Shown here in pieces: positions 19,247 through 30,931 of a DNA stretch of 64,000 nt. Source of the stretch: Dehalococcoidia bacterium (lineage in GTDB: Bacteria > Chloroflexota > Dehalococcoidia > SM23-28-2 > RBG-16-64-32); contig CAXXTF010000002.1 in NCBI GenBank assembly GCA_963665775.2, forward strand, positions 1,344,001 through 1,408,000, given 5' to 3'. Every line of letters begins with the position of its first letter. Within the stretch, counting starts at the first letter, position 1. Under the pieces are notes generated by a model, which was not told the DNA's origin, did not search any database, and saw only the letters and a list, made by a program, of their open reading frames with translations. A program made the position numbers and the translations under genes.

Positions 19247-20689
19247 ATGGACTCAGACCTTAGGAAGTACCTACTCTTCGGCCTCCTCGGCTTGGCCAGT
19301 CTCCTCTCGGTGATGCAGTTCTCGATGATCGCCATCACCCTCCCCGTTATCGAGGACGATCTCAACGCACCGCTGGGCCCGCTGAGCTGGGTGATCACCA
19401 TCTACATGCTCACCCAGGCGGTGGCGCTGCCCACCATGGGCAAGCTGGCCGACCGGTTCGGACCCCGCACCCTCTTCACCAGCGGTCTAACCCTCTTCGC
19501 CCTCGCCTCTCTGGCCGGCGCCCTCGCCCCTAACATCTATCTCCTCATCCTCGCCCGGGGGCTCCAGGGGCTGGCCGGGAGCAGCCTCATGCCGTCCTCC
19601 ATGACGATAGTCGGGGATGTCTTCGCCAGCAACCGTGCTCGCATCATCGGCCTCCTCGGCTCCATCGGGCCTGCCGGCACCATCGTCGGACCGACCCTGG
19701 GAGGCGCCATCGTGGAGCATCTCGGCTGGCGCTGGACGCTGGCCATCAACGTGCCGGCTGGGCTGTTCATCGTGGCGGCTGCCTTCTTCCTCATACGCCC
19801 CAGTGCCAGCAAGGGCTCGGCGCGCATCGACTTCACGAGTGTAGCCTTGCTCAGCCTCGCTCTATCCTCGCTCATATTCTCCCTGACCGAACTGTCCAAG
19901 AGAGACAGTGACCCTAACCTGCTTATCGTCGCTATCGGTGTCATCCTGGCCGCCGCTGGAGCGGTAACCTTCTGGCGCCGGGAGTCGAGCTCAACCAAGC
20001 CTCTCCTGGACCGCGACCTGCTGAAGCGGAGGGAGTTCCGCTTCATCTTCGCCCTGAGCTTCTTTTACGGAGCCATCATCTTCGGCGCTACCTCGTTCGT
20101 ACCGTTGTACGCGCAGGAAGCGTACGGCTTCACGACCGGCCAGAGCGGCTCTCTCCTGACGGCGAGAGCGATTACGATGGTCATCGCCGCCGCGCTAGCC
20201 GCCCTATTGCTGCCGCGCACCGGCTACCGGGTACCGATCGCCCTCAGCCTCCTATCGATAGGAGCCGTCCTGGCAGTCATGTCCCTCGGCATCGAAGAGC
20301 CGGAGATCGCCGGCAGCCGACTCTCCAACTTCCTTTACCTGACCATCCTTATCGCTATGACCGGGGCCGCTCTGGGGATCTTCAACCCGGCGGCAAGCAA
20401 TGCCGGCATCGACGTCGCCCCCGACCGTATAGCGGCTGTCACTAGCCTGCGCGGTATGTTCCTTTTCCTGGGAGGCAGCATCGGTACCCCGATCATGGTC
20501 CTCGTCACCTCCCGAGCCTCCTCGCAGGCGAAGGGGCTGGAGCTGGCCTTCCTGGGCCTGGCCGTGGTCTCCTGGCTAACCATCCTCCTGGTCTGGGGTA
20601 TTCCGGAGATGGTCAGGAAGGGCGCCAAGGCCCGGGACGGCCAGACGGCTACGGAAGGCCGGGCCCTCGACGCCAGGGAGGGCAAATAG
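19247..20689 (+). CDS. MFS transporter, DHA2-like (14 TM)
   Basis: GKLADRFG, ARGLQGLAG, GPTLGG, WRWTLAINVP; hydrophobic throughout. Confidence 0.9.
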   Translation: MDSDLRKYLLFGLLGLASLLSVMQFSMIAITLPVIEDDLNAPLGPLSWVITIYMLTQAVALPTMGKLADRFGPRTLFTSGLTLFALASLAGALAPNIYLLILARGLQGLAGSSLMPSSMTIVGDVFASNRARIIGLLGSIGPAGTIVGPTLGGAIVEHLGWRWTLAINVPAGLFIVAAAFFLIRPSASKGSARIDFTSVALLSLALSSLIFSLTELSKRDSDPNLLIVAIGVILAAAGAVTFWRRESSSTKPLLDRDLLKRREFRFIFALSFFYGAIIFGATSFVPLYAQEAYGFTTGQSGSLLTARAITMVIAAALAALLLPRTGYRVPIALSLLSIGAVLAVMSLGIEEPEIAGSRLSNFLYLTILIAMTGAALGIFNPAASNAGIDVAPDRIAAVTSLRGMFLFLGGSIGTPIMVLVTSRASSQAKGLELAFLGLAVVSWLTILLVWGIPEMVRKGAKARDGQTATEGRALDAREGK

Positions 20690-20921
20690 CAGGTCGGTGC
20701 GGTGCTGGTTGGCTATCTCGACGAGGCGGGCCTCCTGGGCCACATAATAGAGATGCAAGAGTCCAGCCCCGACTTGAGAAAAGAGTTGGAAGAGAGCAAC
20801 GCCTTCCTGGCCTACGTGAAGCTCACTTCACCAGAGCTCTGCGCCCAGACGAACGCTCACAGTTATCGCCGTGGCGCCGGTGCCGGCCTCACGGCGGCTC
20901 CTTTTCTGGGACCCCGCGCGG

Positions 20922-22256
20922 TCATACCGGCTTCGTGCCGGCAGCGCAATGGTATGGCGTCGCGATGAAGAACGTGTTGTCGCCTTCAGAGCGGGCAACT
21001 GCGTCCCGCCACTCCTCGGCTTCCTCCGCGTTCAGCGTGCCCAGAACGAAGCCCTGAACCAGCTGCATGTAGGGCTGATCGGCGGCGGTGACGACTCCAT
21101 ACTGCGGGAACATCTTCACCGGCGCCAGTCCGGCCTCATAAAAGCGGCGGTAGAGGCTGATGTCCCCGCAACCACTCTCCTCGACGCCGCCAAACCGGGC
21201 CGACGCCGCCTTCGCCTTCAGCGCCTCGCTCAACTCAAAGTTAGGCAGCAGCGGCATATCCACCGCCCGCACTATCACCCCAACTCTCCCCCCCGGCCGG
21301 GTCACGCGAACCAGCTCAGCCATCATCCGGTCCGCATCCAACTCCTCCATCACCGTAGACGACATCACCACATCGAAACTGCCGTCCGGGAACGGAATGT
21401 CTTCGGCATTCCCTTGACGCAGCTCCACCTGCCCCTCAAGACCTTCCTTCTGAACCAGAGCCGTTCCCTCTCGAAGCAGATAGCGGTTGATGTCCACCCC
21501 GACGATGCGGTTCGCCCCAGCCGTGCGACGGGCCAGCCAGCGGTCCAGGACCCCCGTTCCGCAGCCCACCTCCAGCACATTCTCCCCGGGCTTCAGCTGC
21601 ACCTCCCGCACCAGCCGCTCCACCACTCCCAGGTATCCGGCCTGGCGGCCCCGTCTCTCCAGGATATGGGCCATGCCCAGCTCCGTGCCGCCGATGGTGA
21701 TGGTGGCGTAGCGCTCAGCGAGTTGGGGCACAATTGGCTCCCACTGAGAGGGAGCGAAGCCCAAGGGAAACAGCAGGAGAGGCGGACCGAAGCCCTGTAT
21801 CCGGTAGGAGACGCCGACAACCTCGCCCTCGCCTTCCTCCAGGGGAGACGCCGTCTCCTCTTCCTCCCGATCGATGCGGCCCAGGTGGTCAATCATGGCG
21901 GCGCTTATAACCTCCCCGCGCTCCGCTACCATGTCAGTCGTGTAGGACACGGAGTAGTCGGCGAGCGTAACAAGCGTAGCTCCCGGAAGGTTCGCCACGC
22001 CGCGACGGATGCCCTCGGTGCCCGCCCCCTGCTCCGGGGCGAAGATCAACACCCGAGAGGAGATGGGGCCAAGCACGCCCACGTTGAGGCCGCCCGGGCA
22101 TACGAGAGTCAACGAGGAGATCATCTCCGGATGCGCGGCGATGAAGCTTTCCCAGTCCATCGGGCCCCTTGCGGCGAGGTGCACCCGCTCGATCCCCAGG
22201 TGACGGAGAAGCTGGCACAGACGCTCCTCCACAGTTAACGACGTCTCTCGCACCAT
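20922..22256 (-). CDS. Class I SAM methyltransferase with N-terminal alpha/beta-hydrolase-like region
   Basis: C-terminal VLEVGCGTG, GVDIN, GNAEDIPFPDGSFDVV, RVTRPGG; N-terminal LLRHLGIERVHL and SYRIQGFGPPLLL. Confidence 0.8.
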   Translation of the reverse strand: MVRETSLTVEERLCQLLRHLGIERVHLAARGPMDWESFIAAHPEMISSLTLVCPGGLNVGVLGPISSRVLIFAPEQGAGTEGIRRGVANLPGATLVTLADYSVSYTTDMVAERGEVISAAMIDHLGRIDREEEETASPLEEGEGEVVGVSYRIQGFGPPLLLFPLGFAPSQWEPIVPQLAERYATITIGGTELGMAHILERRGRQAGYLGVVERLVREVQLKPGENVLEVGCGTGVLDRWLARRTAGANRIVGVDINRYLLREGTALVQKEGLEGQVELRQGNAEDIPFPDGSFDVVMSSTVMEELDADRMMAELVRVTRPGGRVGVIVRAVDMPLLPNFELSEALKAKAASARFGGVEESGCGDISLYRRFYEAGLAPVKMFPQYGVVTAADQPYMQLVQGFVLGTLNAEEAEEWRDAVARSEGDNTFFIATPYHCAAGTKPV

Positions 22257-22268
22257 TTCAGCCCCCTT

Positions 22269-23003
22269 CTATTCGTCCTCCTCATCGGACGGTGGGACTG
22301 GGCGGGGGAACCCGAACGAGTCCAGGGCAGCGATGAGCAGCCTCGACACGCCCCGGAAAAAGTCTAGCTTCGTATCCTTGATTACCGCCTCGGAGTATTT
22401 AGGCACCCACATGATCACATTATCTCGCACGAACTCGTCCCGTATTTCGATGAAGTGACCGGCATCGCCGCCCCCTTCCTGCACCTCGGCAATCCTCTGG
22501 CACAGCAGCGACAGAAAAGAGAGCTCCACGCCGATATAAGTCGGATTCTCGCTATTGGGGGCAGAGAAATCCAGCTCCTCGAAGAACCTGTTCAACCTGC
22601 CCATGTCCCCTTGCGAAGGAGCCTTCCAGGTCATCCCGTAGGGAGGGGGTGGCCCATAGCCGCGAGCTATGCCCCGCACCAGGCGTGTGCGCTCGATCCC
22701 CAAGTCCGTCTGGACAGTCTCCAGTGGCACACCCTTGCACGCCTCTGCATGCTGTTCAATATCCGCCAGCCCGTCTCTCATCAGATCTGCCGCTGTGGGC
22801 ATGTCGACGAGCAAGTTAATCGCTGCCGGCTGGGCCGTCGGGATGGGGACGATCTCCTCTATGGCATCGAAGCCAGCAGCCGTGACGTAGCGACCCTCCG
22901 CTATCGCCTTCGCGAGGTCAAGGTCGGGCAGCTTTAGAAAGATGGCGGCGAAGTTCCCGAAAATATCCGCCCGTAGTCGCTCCAAACGTACACCTGTCTC
23001 CAT
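22269..23003 (-). CDS. TorD/DmsD-family chaperone-like protein
   Basis: PPPYG, ENPTYIGVELSFLSLL, WVPKY, FFRGV pattern. Confidence 0.65.
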   Translation of the reverse strand: METGVRLERLRADIFGNFAAIFLKLPDLDLAKAIAEGRYVTAAGFDAIEEIVPIPTAQPAAINLLVDMPTAADLMRDGLADIEQHAEACKGVPLETVQTDLGIERTRLVRGIARGYGPPPPYGMTWKAPSQGDMGRLNRFFEELDFSAPNSENPTYIGVELSFLSLLCQRIAEVQEGGGDAGHFIEIRDEFVRDNVIMWVPKYSEAVIKDTKLDFFRGVSRLLIAALDSFGFPRPVPPSDEEDE

Positions 23004-23178
23004 TTAGCGCCTCTCCTGTCTGGCGTCTTGCCCCTCATGGCGCGCCATGCTCCAGCGAGTCGGCCGCAACGCAGGCGTTCTCGAGGGGTCGTACAGCCGC
23101 TGGCCGTCTACGCCGCTAAATATAGCGTACTTTGACACCTGATAGCCAACTATAGCGCTCCTCGCTACTGCCCTCAGT

Positions 23179-24273
23179 CTAGCCTTCCGACCGCTCCAGG
23201 GAGCCCTCGACACCCTCCAGGATCAGCCGCGCCATAATCTTCCCCGTGATCGGCGCCAGAAGGACACCGTTGCGGAAGTGACCCGTGGCGATGAAGACGT
23301 TCTCCTTGCCGGGCAAGGCGCCGATCATCGGCTGGCCATCGGGCGAGCCGGGCCGTAGCCCGGCCCAGGCGCTGGCCACCTCAGCCCGCCGCAGTGCCGG
23401 CACCATGGCCGCCGCCGTTCGGCGCAGCGATGCCTCGCCGCGACGGGTGGTCCGGGGCCGGAACCCCACGTCCTCCACCGTGGCACCGGCGAAGAGAAAG
23501 CCACCGGCCTTGGGCACCAGATAGCCACCCTCACCCCACAGGATGTGGCGAACAGCCGTGGAGCGGTAGGCCAATATCTGGCCCCGAATGGGGCGGGTAG
23601 CGATATCGACGCCCAGGCGGCGGGCCAGATGCCGCGTCCAGGGCCCGGCGGCCAGCACGACACGGTCCGCCGCGATCCTCTCTCCGTCGCTGGTGCGGAC
23701 GCCGGACACGCGGGAGCCGGCGGTCAGGAAATCGACGACCGCTGTCCCCCGCCGCAGCACAGCCCCTCGGTGGCCGGCGGCCCGGGCCAGGGCCTGGGTC
23801 AGGAGGCCGGGATTCAGATGGCATTCCGCGGGCGAGTAGGCCGCTCCTAGCACGGTGTCGGAGAGGGCAGGCTCCAGACCACGCAGGGGGCCGCCCTCCA
23901 CCCATTCCAGGCGGCCCCCCAGCTCGAGGCCGCCGCGACACACGGCCCGCAGCTCTTCGGCCCTACCCTCTGTCTGCGCCACCAGGAGAAGGCCAGAGGC
24001 CCGATACTGAAGATCGAGGCCGGTCTCCTCTTGCAGCAGTTCTACGAGGGACGGGTACAGCTCCTGGCTGGCCCGACAGAGATCACGAAAGGGAGCCGAC
24101 GAGGCCTCCTCCAGGGACGGGACGAGCATCCCGGCCGCCGCTCCCGAAGCCTGCCCGGCCAGCTCGCCCCCTTCCAGAAGGGTGACGCTGGCGCCGGCCT
24201 TCGCCAGGTAGTAGGCGATGGCGCAGCCGATGACGCCGCCGCCGACGATCAGGACATCCGGATTCCGTTGCAC
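23179..24273 (-). CDS. thiO: Glycine oxidase
   Basis: GGGVIG, ASGAAAGML, AAGPW, PIRGQ, WAGLRP, GHFRNGVLLAP; thi context. Confidence 0.9.
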   Translation of the reverse strand: MQRNPDVLIVGGGVIGCAIAYYLAKAGASVTLLEGGELAGQASGAAAGMLVPSLEEASSAPFRDLCRASQELYPSLVELLQEETGLDLQYRASGLLLVAQTEGRAEELRAVCRGGLELGGRLEWVEGGPLRGLEPALSDTVLGAAYSPAECHLNPGLLTQALARAAGHRGAVLRRGTAVVDFLTAGSRVSGVRTSDGERIAADRVVLAAGPWTRHLARRLGVDIATRPIRGQILAYRSTAVRHILWGEGGYLVPKAGGFLFAGATVEDVGFRPRTTRRGEASLRRTAAAMVPALRRAEVASAWAGLRPGSPDGQPMIGALPGKENVFIATGHFRNGVLLAPITGKIMARLILEGVEGSLERSEG

Positions 24274-24308
24274 GCTGCTAGTTTAGCTGATAGCGAGCGC
24301 TTCCTTCG

Positions 24309-25124
24309 TCACGCAGCTTGTTGGCCGCACTCGATAGTGATGGGTGCATCGAAGTCGCCATAAAGGCGAACGATAAGGGATCGCGACCCGAAGGGGTCAT
24401 TATCGCGCTGCTCCTGTCGAAGCAGAAGGAAGCTGTCCTTGGCAATCCATTCGGTACGCCATATCGTGAAGGCGCCCTCTTCGCCGACCGTACGGAACTC
24501 ATAGCTGATGACCCAGGCGGGTCGGCCCCCGTAATCTTCCTCTCTTTTTATTGCCACGTTAGTGGCCGCTGTAGCGAACTCTCTCAGCGCTTCTTCGACC
24601 CAAGCTAGACCACCAGCGGTTCGTTGTAAGGCTTCCGGAAAGATGTCCGGCCAGCTGAATGGCCGAGGCAACGGGTCCTTGCCTTCCCAAAGACCCCAAT
24701 TCCCGCTTTGATCGCGGCTCCGCTCCAAGTGAGCGATGCCGATGATGCAAGTCTCCCGACCGCCTTCTATGGGGTCTAAATAGATGAACCGGGCACGCTC
24801 TGCCGCCAAATACTCCTCAACGTGCTTGAAGACGGGAATGCCCGCGACGGATGGCCGGACATCGACGGTCACCCGCAGCGAGGTCAGTCCGTTCATCGCC
24901 TCATCCGAGCGGCTCAATATCTCCAAGGCAGTTGGCGGAGACGTCGGCTCTGGTGTTGGCGTCGGCGGTATGGTGGTCGGCGTCGGCGTGGGAGCGGCGG
25001 TAGGCTCTGCGGTAACTATTGGGGTCGGCGTGACGGGTGGCTCCGTAGCTGTGGGCTGCGTGTTCCCCCTGCCACAAGCGGCCAGGATCGCGACGAAGAA
25101 AGTGACGGCAAAGAGGACACGCAC
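24309..25124 (-). CDS. Hypothetical lipoprotein with Pro/Thr linker
   Basis: Signal peptide ending ILAAC, PT-rich tract; lower GC than flanks; own TATAAT at 25147-25142. Confidence 0.75.
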   Translation of the reverse strand: MRVLFAVTFFVAILAACGRGNTQPTATEPPVTPTPIVTAEPTAAPTPTPTTIPPTPTPEPTSPPTALEILSRSDEAMNGLTSLRVTVDVRPSVAGIPVFKHVEEYLAAERARFIYLDPIEGGRETCIIGIAHLERSRDQSGNWGLWEGKDPLPRPFSWPDIFPEALQRTAGGLAWVEEALREFATAATNVAIKREEDYGGRPAWVISYEFRTVGEEGAFTIWRTEWIAKDSFLLLRQEQRDNDPFGSRSLIVRLYGDFDAPITIECGQQAA

Positions 25125-25378
25125 GATGCTGACCCTCGAGCATTATACTCGCCCCAGTGTGTGGACGCGGCGAGACTGCCCCCACCCACGGCGCGAACCA
25201 CCTCCACCGTGTCGCCGTCCCCGATAGCGACCTCGGGCCAGCGGTCGCGGGGCAGCACGTCGCCGTTCAGGGCCACCGCCACCTGCCGGGGCGTTATGTC
25301 AAGCGAGCACAGGAGGTCGGCGATCGTCACCGGCCCCGCGATCTCGCGAGGCTTCCCGTTGAGGGTGACGATCATCAC
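25016..25378 (-). CDS. thiS: Sulfur carrier ThiS (core ends 25178) with 53-aa C-terminal extension
   Basis: IVTLNGK...VAVALNG...GDTVEVVRAVGGG then no stop until 25016. Confidence 0.85.
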   Translation of the reverse strand: MMIVTLNGKPREIAGPVTIADLLCSLDITPRQVAVALNGDVLPRDRWPEVAIGDGDTVEVVRAVGGGSLAASTHWGEYNARGSASCVSSLPSLSSSRSWPLVAGGTRSPQLRSHPSRRPQ

Positions 25379-26016
25379 GGGCGGGCGACCCGCTCGCCAG
25401 CGGCGGCGGCCTTCAGGGCGCCACGGAGATCGCGGGCGGCCTCGCCCGACGAGGGCGCGGCCAGGACGGCGGAGATGACGGCGACGCCGGCCGCCCCGGC
25501 ACGGATCACCTCCGCCACCCGCTCAGCGGTGACGCCGCCGATGGCGAGGATCGGCGTGCGCACGGCACCGGCGACCGCCGCGATGAGCGCGGGGCCGGCA
25601 GGCTCGGCACTGGGATGGGAACGAGTGGCGTACACCGGGCCGGCGATAACGTAGTCGGCGCCCTCGGCCTCGGCGCGGCGGGCGGCATCCGGCGAGTGGA
25701 CGGAGCGGCCCACCAGGAACTGCGCCGGGGGCCGCTCGATGGCCGGGGCCGCCTCCGGCAGGTGAAGGCCGTCGGCCCCGCAGGCCAGAGCAGCCTCCAG
25801 CGAGCCGTTGACGATGAGGAGGGCCCGCCCCTGCGTGACGGGTCGCAGGCGGCAGGCAAGAGCCAGAAGCTCGCCGGGCGGCAGCTCCTTCTCCCGAAGC
25901 TGGACGGCGTCCACGCCGCCGCGGATAGCGTCCACCACAGCATCCACCAGGCCATTCGGCCCGCCGCAGAGGGCGCGGTCGGTGACCAGCATGAGGTGGG
26001 GAACGGGCAGGGGCAT
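25375..26016 (-). CDS. thiE: Thiamine-phosphate synthase (ThiE/TenI family)
   Basis: VQLREK, ADGLHL, GRSVHS, ADYVIAGPVYATRSH, AIGGV. Confidence 0.85.
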   Translation of the reverse strand: MPLPVPHLMLVTDRALCGGPNGLVDAVVDAIRGGVDAVQLREKELPPGELLALACRLRPVTQGRALLIVNGSLEAALACGADGLHLPEAAPAIERPPAQFLVGRSVHSPDAARRAEAEGADYVIAGPVYATRSHPSAEPAGPALIAAVAGAVRTPILAIGGVTAERVAEVIRAGAAGVAVISAVLAAPSSGEAARDLRGALKAAAAGERVARP

Positions 26017-26798
26017 CAGGTGGGTCGAGCGACGCCCTCGACGGGGCTGGATGCCTCGGCCAGCTCCTTCCGGGGGATGCGCCCGGCCAGGTAGGCCCGG
26101 CGGCCCGCCTCGACACCCAGCCGGAACCCCTCGGCCATCGCCACCGGGTCTTCGGCCTGGGCGATGGCGCTGTTGACCAGGACGGCATCGGCGCCGATCT
26201 CCAGGGCCAGGGAAGCGTCGGAGGGGGCGCCCAGTCCGGCGTCGACGACGACGGGGACGCGGGCGTTCTCGATGATGATCTCGATCTCCTCCCGGGTGAA
26301 GATGCCGCGGCCGGAGCCGATGGGCGAGCCCAGGGGCATGACGGTGGCGCAGCCGATCTCCTCCAGGCGACGGGCCAGGATGGGGTCAGCGTGAATGTAG
26401 GGGAGGACGACGAACCCCTCGTCGATGAGTTGGCGGGCGGCCTCCAGGGTGCCCACGGGGTCCGGCAGGAGGTACTTGGGGTCCGGGATCACCTCCAGCT
26501 TGAGCCAGGTGGAGCCGGTCAGCTCGCGGGCCAGGCGAGCGGTAAAGACGGCCTCCTCCGGGGTGCGGCAACCCGCCGTGTTGGGGAGGATCGTGTAGCG
26601 AGACCAGTCCAGGTGGTCCATCAGGTTGGGCTCGTCGGGGCGGTCCAGGGGCAGGCGGCGGATGGCCACGGTGATGATCTCGGCGCCGGAGGCGTCGATG
26701 GCGTCGCGCTGCTCCTCCATGCTGCGGTACTTGCCAGTGCCGGCGATGAGGCGGGAGCGAAAGCGCTTGCCGGCGATAGTGAGCGAGTCCTCGGTCAT
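26016..26798 (-). CDS. thiG: Thiazole synthase
   Basis: [36 protein letters not shown]. Confidence 0.97.
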   Translation of the reverse strand: MTEDSLTIAGKRFRSRLIAGTGKYRSMEEQRDAIDASGAEIITVAIRRLPLDRPDEPNLMDHLDWSRYTILPNTAGCRTPEEAVFTARLARELTGSTWLKLEVIPDPKYLLPDPVGTLEAARQLIDEGFVVLPYIHADPILARRLEEIGCATVMPLGSPIGSGRGIFTREEIEIIIENARVPVVVDAGLGAPSDASLALEIGADAVLVNSAIAQAEDPVAMAEGFRLGVEAGRRAYLAGRIPRKELAEASSPVEGVARPT

Positions 26799-26807
26799 TG
26801 GCTGTCC

Positions 26808-28346
<1,539 letters not shown>

Positions 28347-28453
28347 TCACGTTGAACGTACCACCCGATGTTGGCCGTGTCAACGCGGGCACCGCGTCAG
28401 GGAGGGATCGGAGCCATCTTCTGAGGGTGATGCCGATGCTATACTGGGGCTCA

Positions 28454-29011
28454 ATGACACGACCCCCACTCGCCCTCTCACTCGCTGCTGCCCTTCTACT
28501 CGCCCTTGGCACGATCGCTGCGGCCTGCGGCGGAAGCAACCAGGAACTGACCCTCGAGGAGTACTTCCTGCGGTTCGAAGAGCTCGGTGATCGCACCGGC
28601 GAGCAGCTCGAGGCGCTACTGGCGAAGCTTGACGAGGAGCCGGAAACAGAGGAGGAGCGACTCGCTATTTTTCAGGACTGGTTCGCTGCATCCCTCCAGC
28701 TCCAGAGAGACTTCCTGGACGATCTCGACGACATCAATCCGCCGCTGGAGGTGGAAGACGCACACCGGCAACTTCTGGACACCAGAGGGGCACTCATGGA
28801 CACCTTCGCCGATCTATTCGGAGACCTGGAGTCGGCCTCCGAACTGATGGCGGTGTTTTTCGCCGCTCCTGACGGCGAGCTTGTGGCAGCCCGGGAGCGC
28901 AACTACGAGGCCTGTAGCAGGCTACAGGAGATCGCCGACGCCAACGGCTTCGATGTGAGCGTGCGGGATTATTGCGGTCAAGACGAGGCCGGAGACATCA
29001 CGGGCCAGTGA
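28454..29011 (+). CDS. Hypothetical acidic helical lipoprotein
   Basis: MTRPPLALSLAAALLLALGTIAAACGGS lipobox; TGcTATACT 8 nt upstream. Confidence 0.75.
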   Translation: MTRPPLALSLAAALLLALGTIAAACGGSNQELTLEEYFLRFEELGDRTGEQLEALLAKLDEEPETEEERLAIFQDWFAASLQLQRDFLDDLDDINPPLEVEDAHRQLLDTRGALMDTFADLFGDLESASELMAVFFAAPDGELVAARERNYEACSRLQEIADANGFDVSVRDYCGQDEAGDITGQ

Positions 29012-29047
29012 CCTGGCCGCATCGTTGAGCAGCAGACAGCCAAGGGG

Positions 29048-30091
29048 TTATTCGTCGCTGTCCACCGGGAGCGGCGCTCCCGCGAAGCGATAGGGAGCGA
29101 CTGGCAGGTCGCGCATGGAGAGGAGGCCGCTGACCTCATTGCGCACCACGGCCGGAATGCAGTTGATCATGATGGCAGCGGTGGAGAGCTGGCCCGGAAG
29201 ACCGCCTGGGATGGACAGCTTGATCGGGGGCTTCCCATCGATGTCGATCTCGTCGCGGGGGTTCTCAGGGCTTAAGGACAACTCCAGCCCCAAACGGAGG
29301 ACCTGGCGCCCCGCCATAACACCGCTGACGACGTGGCGCAGACCCTGGACATACCCCTTGCCCACCACGTAGTAGTCGGTTCGCAGGCGGTTGCGGGCCA
29401 GGACTGGCTCCACCGTTTCGCTGATATCGTCCAGAGGCCAGCTCAGGGTATGAGCGATCATGAGGAGGGACTCCCGGAGACCGGGAAGACCGGTGCCACG
29501 GCTACCGAGGAGCTGCCGAAAACCCTCCGGACTCAGGCCGAGGCCCACCGTGTCGCGTAGCTCCAGCGCTCGCGGAGCGACATCCGCGACGCGCGTGACC
29601 CGCACGGCGCTGATCTGGTGACAGGCGGTGGCCAGAAGCAAGGGCAAGGTAGCCATGACGAAGCCGAGGTTAGCGCCGGTGCCCAGGACGGCGACCCCTG
29701 ACTCGCGGGCCAGCCTATCCAGTCGCTGCGAAATGTCGGGGTGTCGAAGCCAGGGGAAGACGAGTTCCGCGCAGTCGGAGATGACGTTCTTCCCGGCCGC
29801 GACGGCCTGGGCGATCTGGGGGTAAGCGGCGGTCAGGCCGGGCACGCCGGTGTGGAGAACGACATCAGCATCGACGCCGCTCAAGACCTGCTCCGGGTCG
29901 TAGGCGATGGTGCTGCCCAGCCTGCGGTCTAGGCCGGCTACTTCGCCCAGATCCCGACCCGCCTTCGCGGGATCGATGGCGGACACGCTATCGATGTGGG
30001 GTTGCTCCAGGACGAGACGCACCACTTCAGCGCCGATAGACCCAACACCGTAATGGATGGCCCGAATCCTTGCTCCCTTAGGGCTCCTCAC
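29048..30091 (-). CDS. NAD(P)-dependent dehydrogenase, DapB / 2,4-diaminopentanoate dehydrogenase-like
   Basis: YGVGSIG, AGKNVISDCAEL, VLGTGANLGFVM, C-terminal GLLSMRDLP. Confidence 0.75.
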   Translation of the reverse strand: MRSPKGARIRAIHYGVGSIGAEVVRLVLEQPHIDSVSAIDPAKAGRDLGEVAGLDRRLGSTIAYDPEQVLSGVDADVVLHTGVPGLTAAYPQIAQAVAAGKNVISDCAELVFPWLRHPDISQRLDRLARESGVAVLGTGANLGFVMATLPLLLATACHQISAVRVTRVADVAPRALELRDTVGLGLSPEGFRQLLGSRGTGLPGLRESLLMIAHTLSWPLDDISETVEPVLARNRLRTDYYVVGKGYVQGLRHVVSGVMAGRQVLRLGLELSLSPENPRDEIDIDGKPPIKLSIPGGLPGQLSTAAIMINCIPAVVRNEVSGLLSMRDLPVAPYRFAGAPLPVDSDE

Positions 30092-30241
30092 CTGTTTGCC
30101 TCAACCTTCTTAATGAGAGAAGTCGCTGCACATGTCGATACCCAATGCCGCTGCGCTATCCCCTAACGGCCAGCGAGAGACGCCCCGAAACACGGAGAGT
30201 CTGAGGGCCAACCGGGAGGGGCCGGCCGCTCTAGACACACT

Positions 30242-30829
30242 CTAGGCACTCTGGAAACGGACGACCGGCCTGGAGCTGACATCGAAATCGAGCCCGGACG
30301 CCCGATAGGCCTCAATGGATTCCCGGTCCACACCCTGGCTCAGCAGCTCCTCAAGGAAAGCCTGAGCCTCATCATCGCTATCGAAAGAGTCGACTTTGAG
30401 CCCGTCACGCTCGTCGTGGTGAACGAGCAAGATGGTCCGGCCGCGCGTCTCAGAATCGGGACTGCGGTCGAGAACCGCATCCGAAAGGCTAGGCGAGAGC
30501 TCCTGCTCGTGGGGATCGCCCAGGCGTCCTACCGACTCGGCCAGGCGCTCGATGTCACTTCCGAGAGTCACGCTTGCGGGCAGGCTCTCTCCATGGCCAT
30601 TGGCGCTAGATACCATACCAGAATCTCCTTCCTCGAGGCCGTCCGTCTCGGCAGCCTGGGCCTCAGCGCTACCCCATTCAGGATGAACGTCAGAGCACCC
30701 ATGGGTGCCGGGACCGCTGGGAATCTCTATCTCGAAACTCCTCGCGTCTCCCACGTCACCGTTGCGCCGATTCTCATCCTTGCCGAACAACATTTGGAAT
30801 CCCCCTTTGCTAACACGGTCTGCTTGCAT
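30242..30829 (-). CDS. Hypothetical acidic protein
   Basis: 195-aa ORF; start may be MLFGKDE after a GGGGG RBS-like tract. Confidence 0.55.
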   Translation of the reverse strand: MQADRVSKGGFQMLFGKDENRRNGDVGDARSFEIEIPSGPGTHGCSDVHPEWGSAEAQAAETDGLEEGDSGMVSSANGHGESLPASVTLGSDIERLAESVGRLGDPHEQELSPSLSDAVLDRSPDSETRGRTILLVHHDERDGLKVDSFDSDDEAQAFLEELLSQGVDRESIEAYRASGLDFDVSSRPVVRFQSA

Positions 30830-30931
30830 GTTTTATTATCGGGGGGCTAAGGACAGAAATCAGTTAACTGAACCTAAACCAGGGTGAACATCGGGTAAAT
30901 ATCCGGGTTCGCCGTATCGCTCGGCCGGCCT

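Noticed and set aside
20922-22256. Calling this menG/ubiE
   Set aside because: Only generic SAM motifs, opposite strand, extra N-terminal half.
30870-30912. GGGT words with about 11-bp spacing as a regulator site
   Set aside because: Too degenerate to support.
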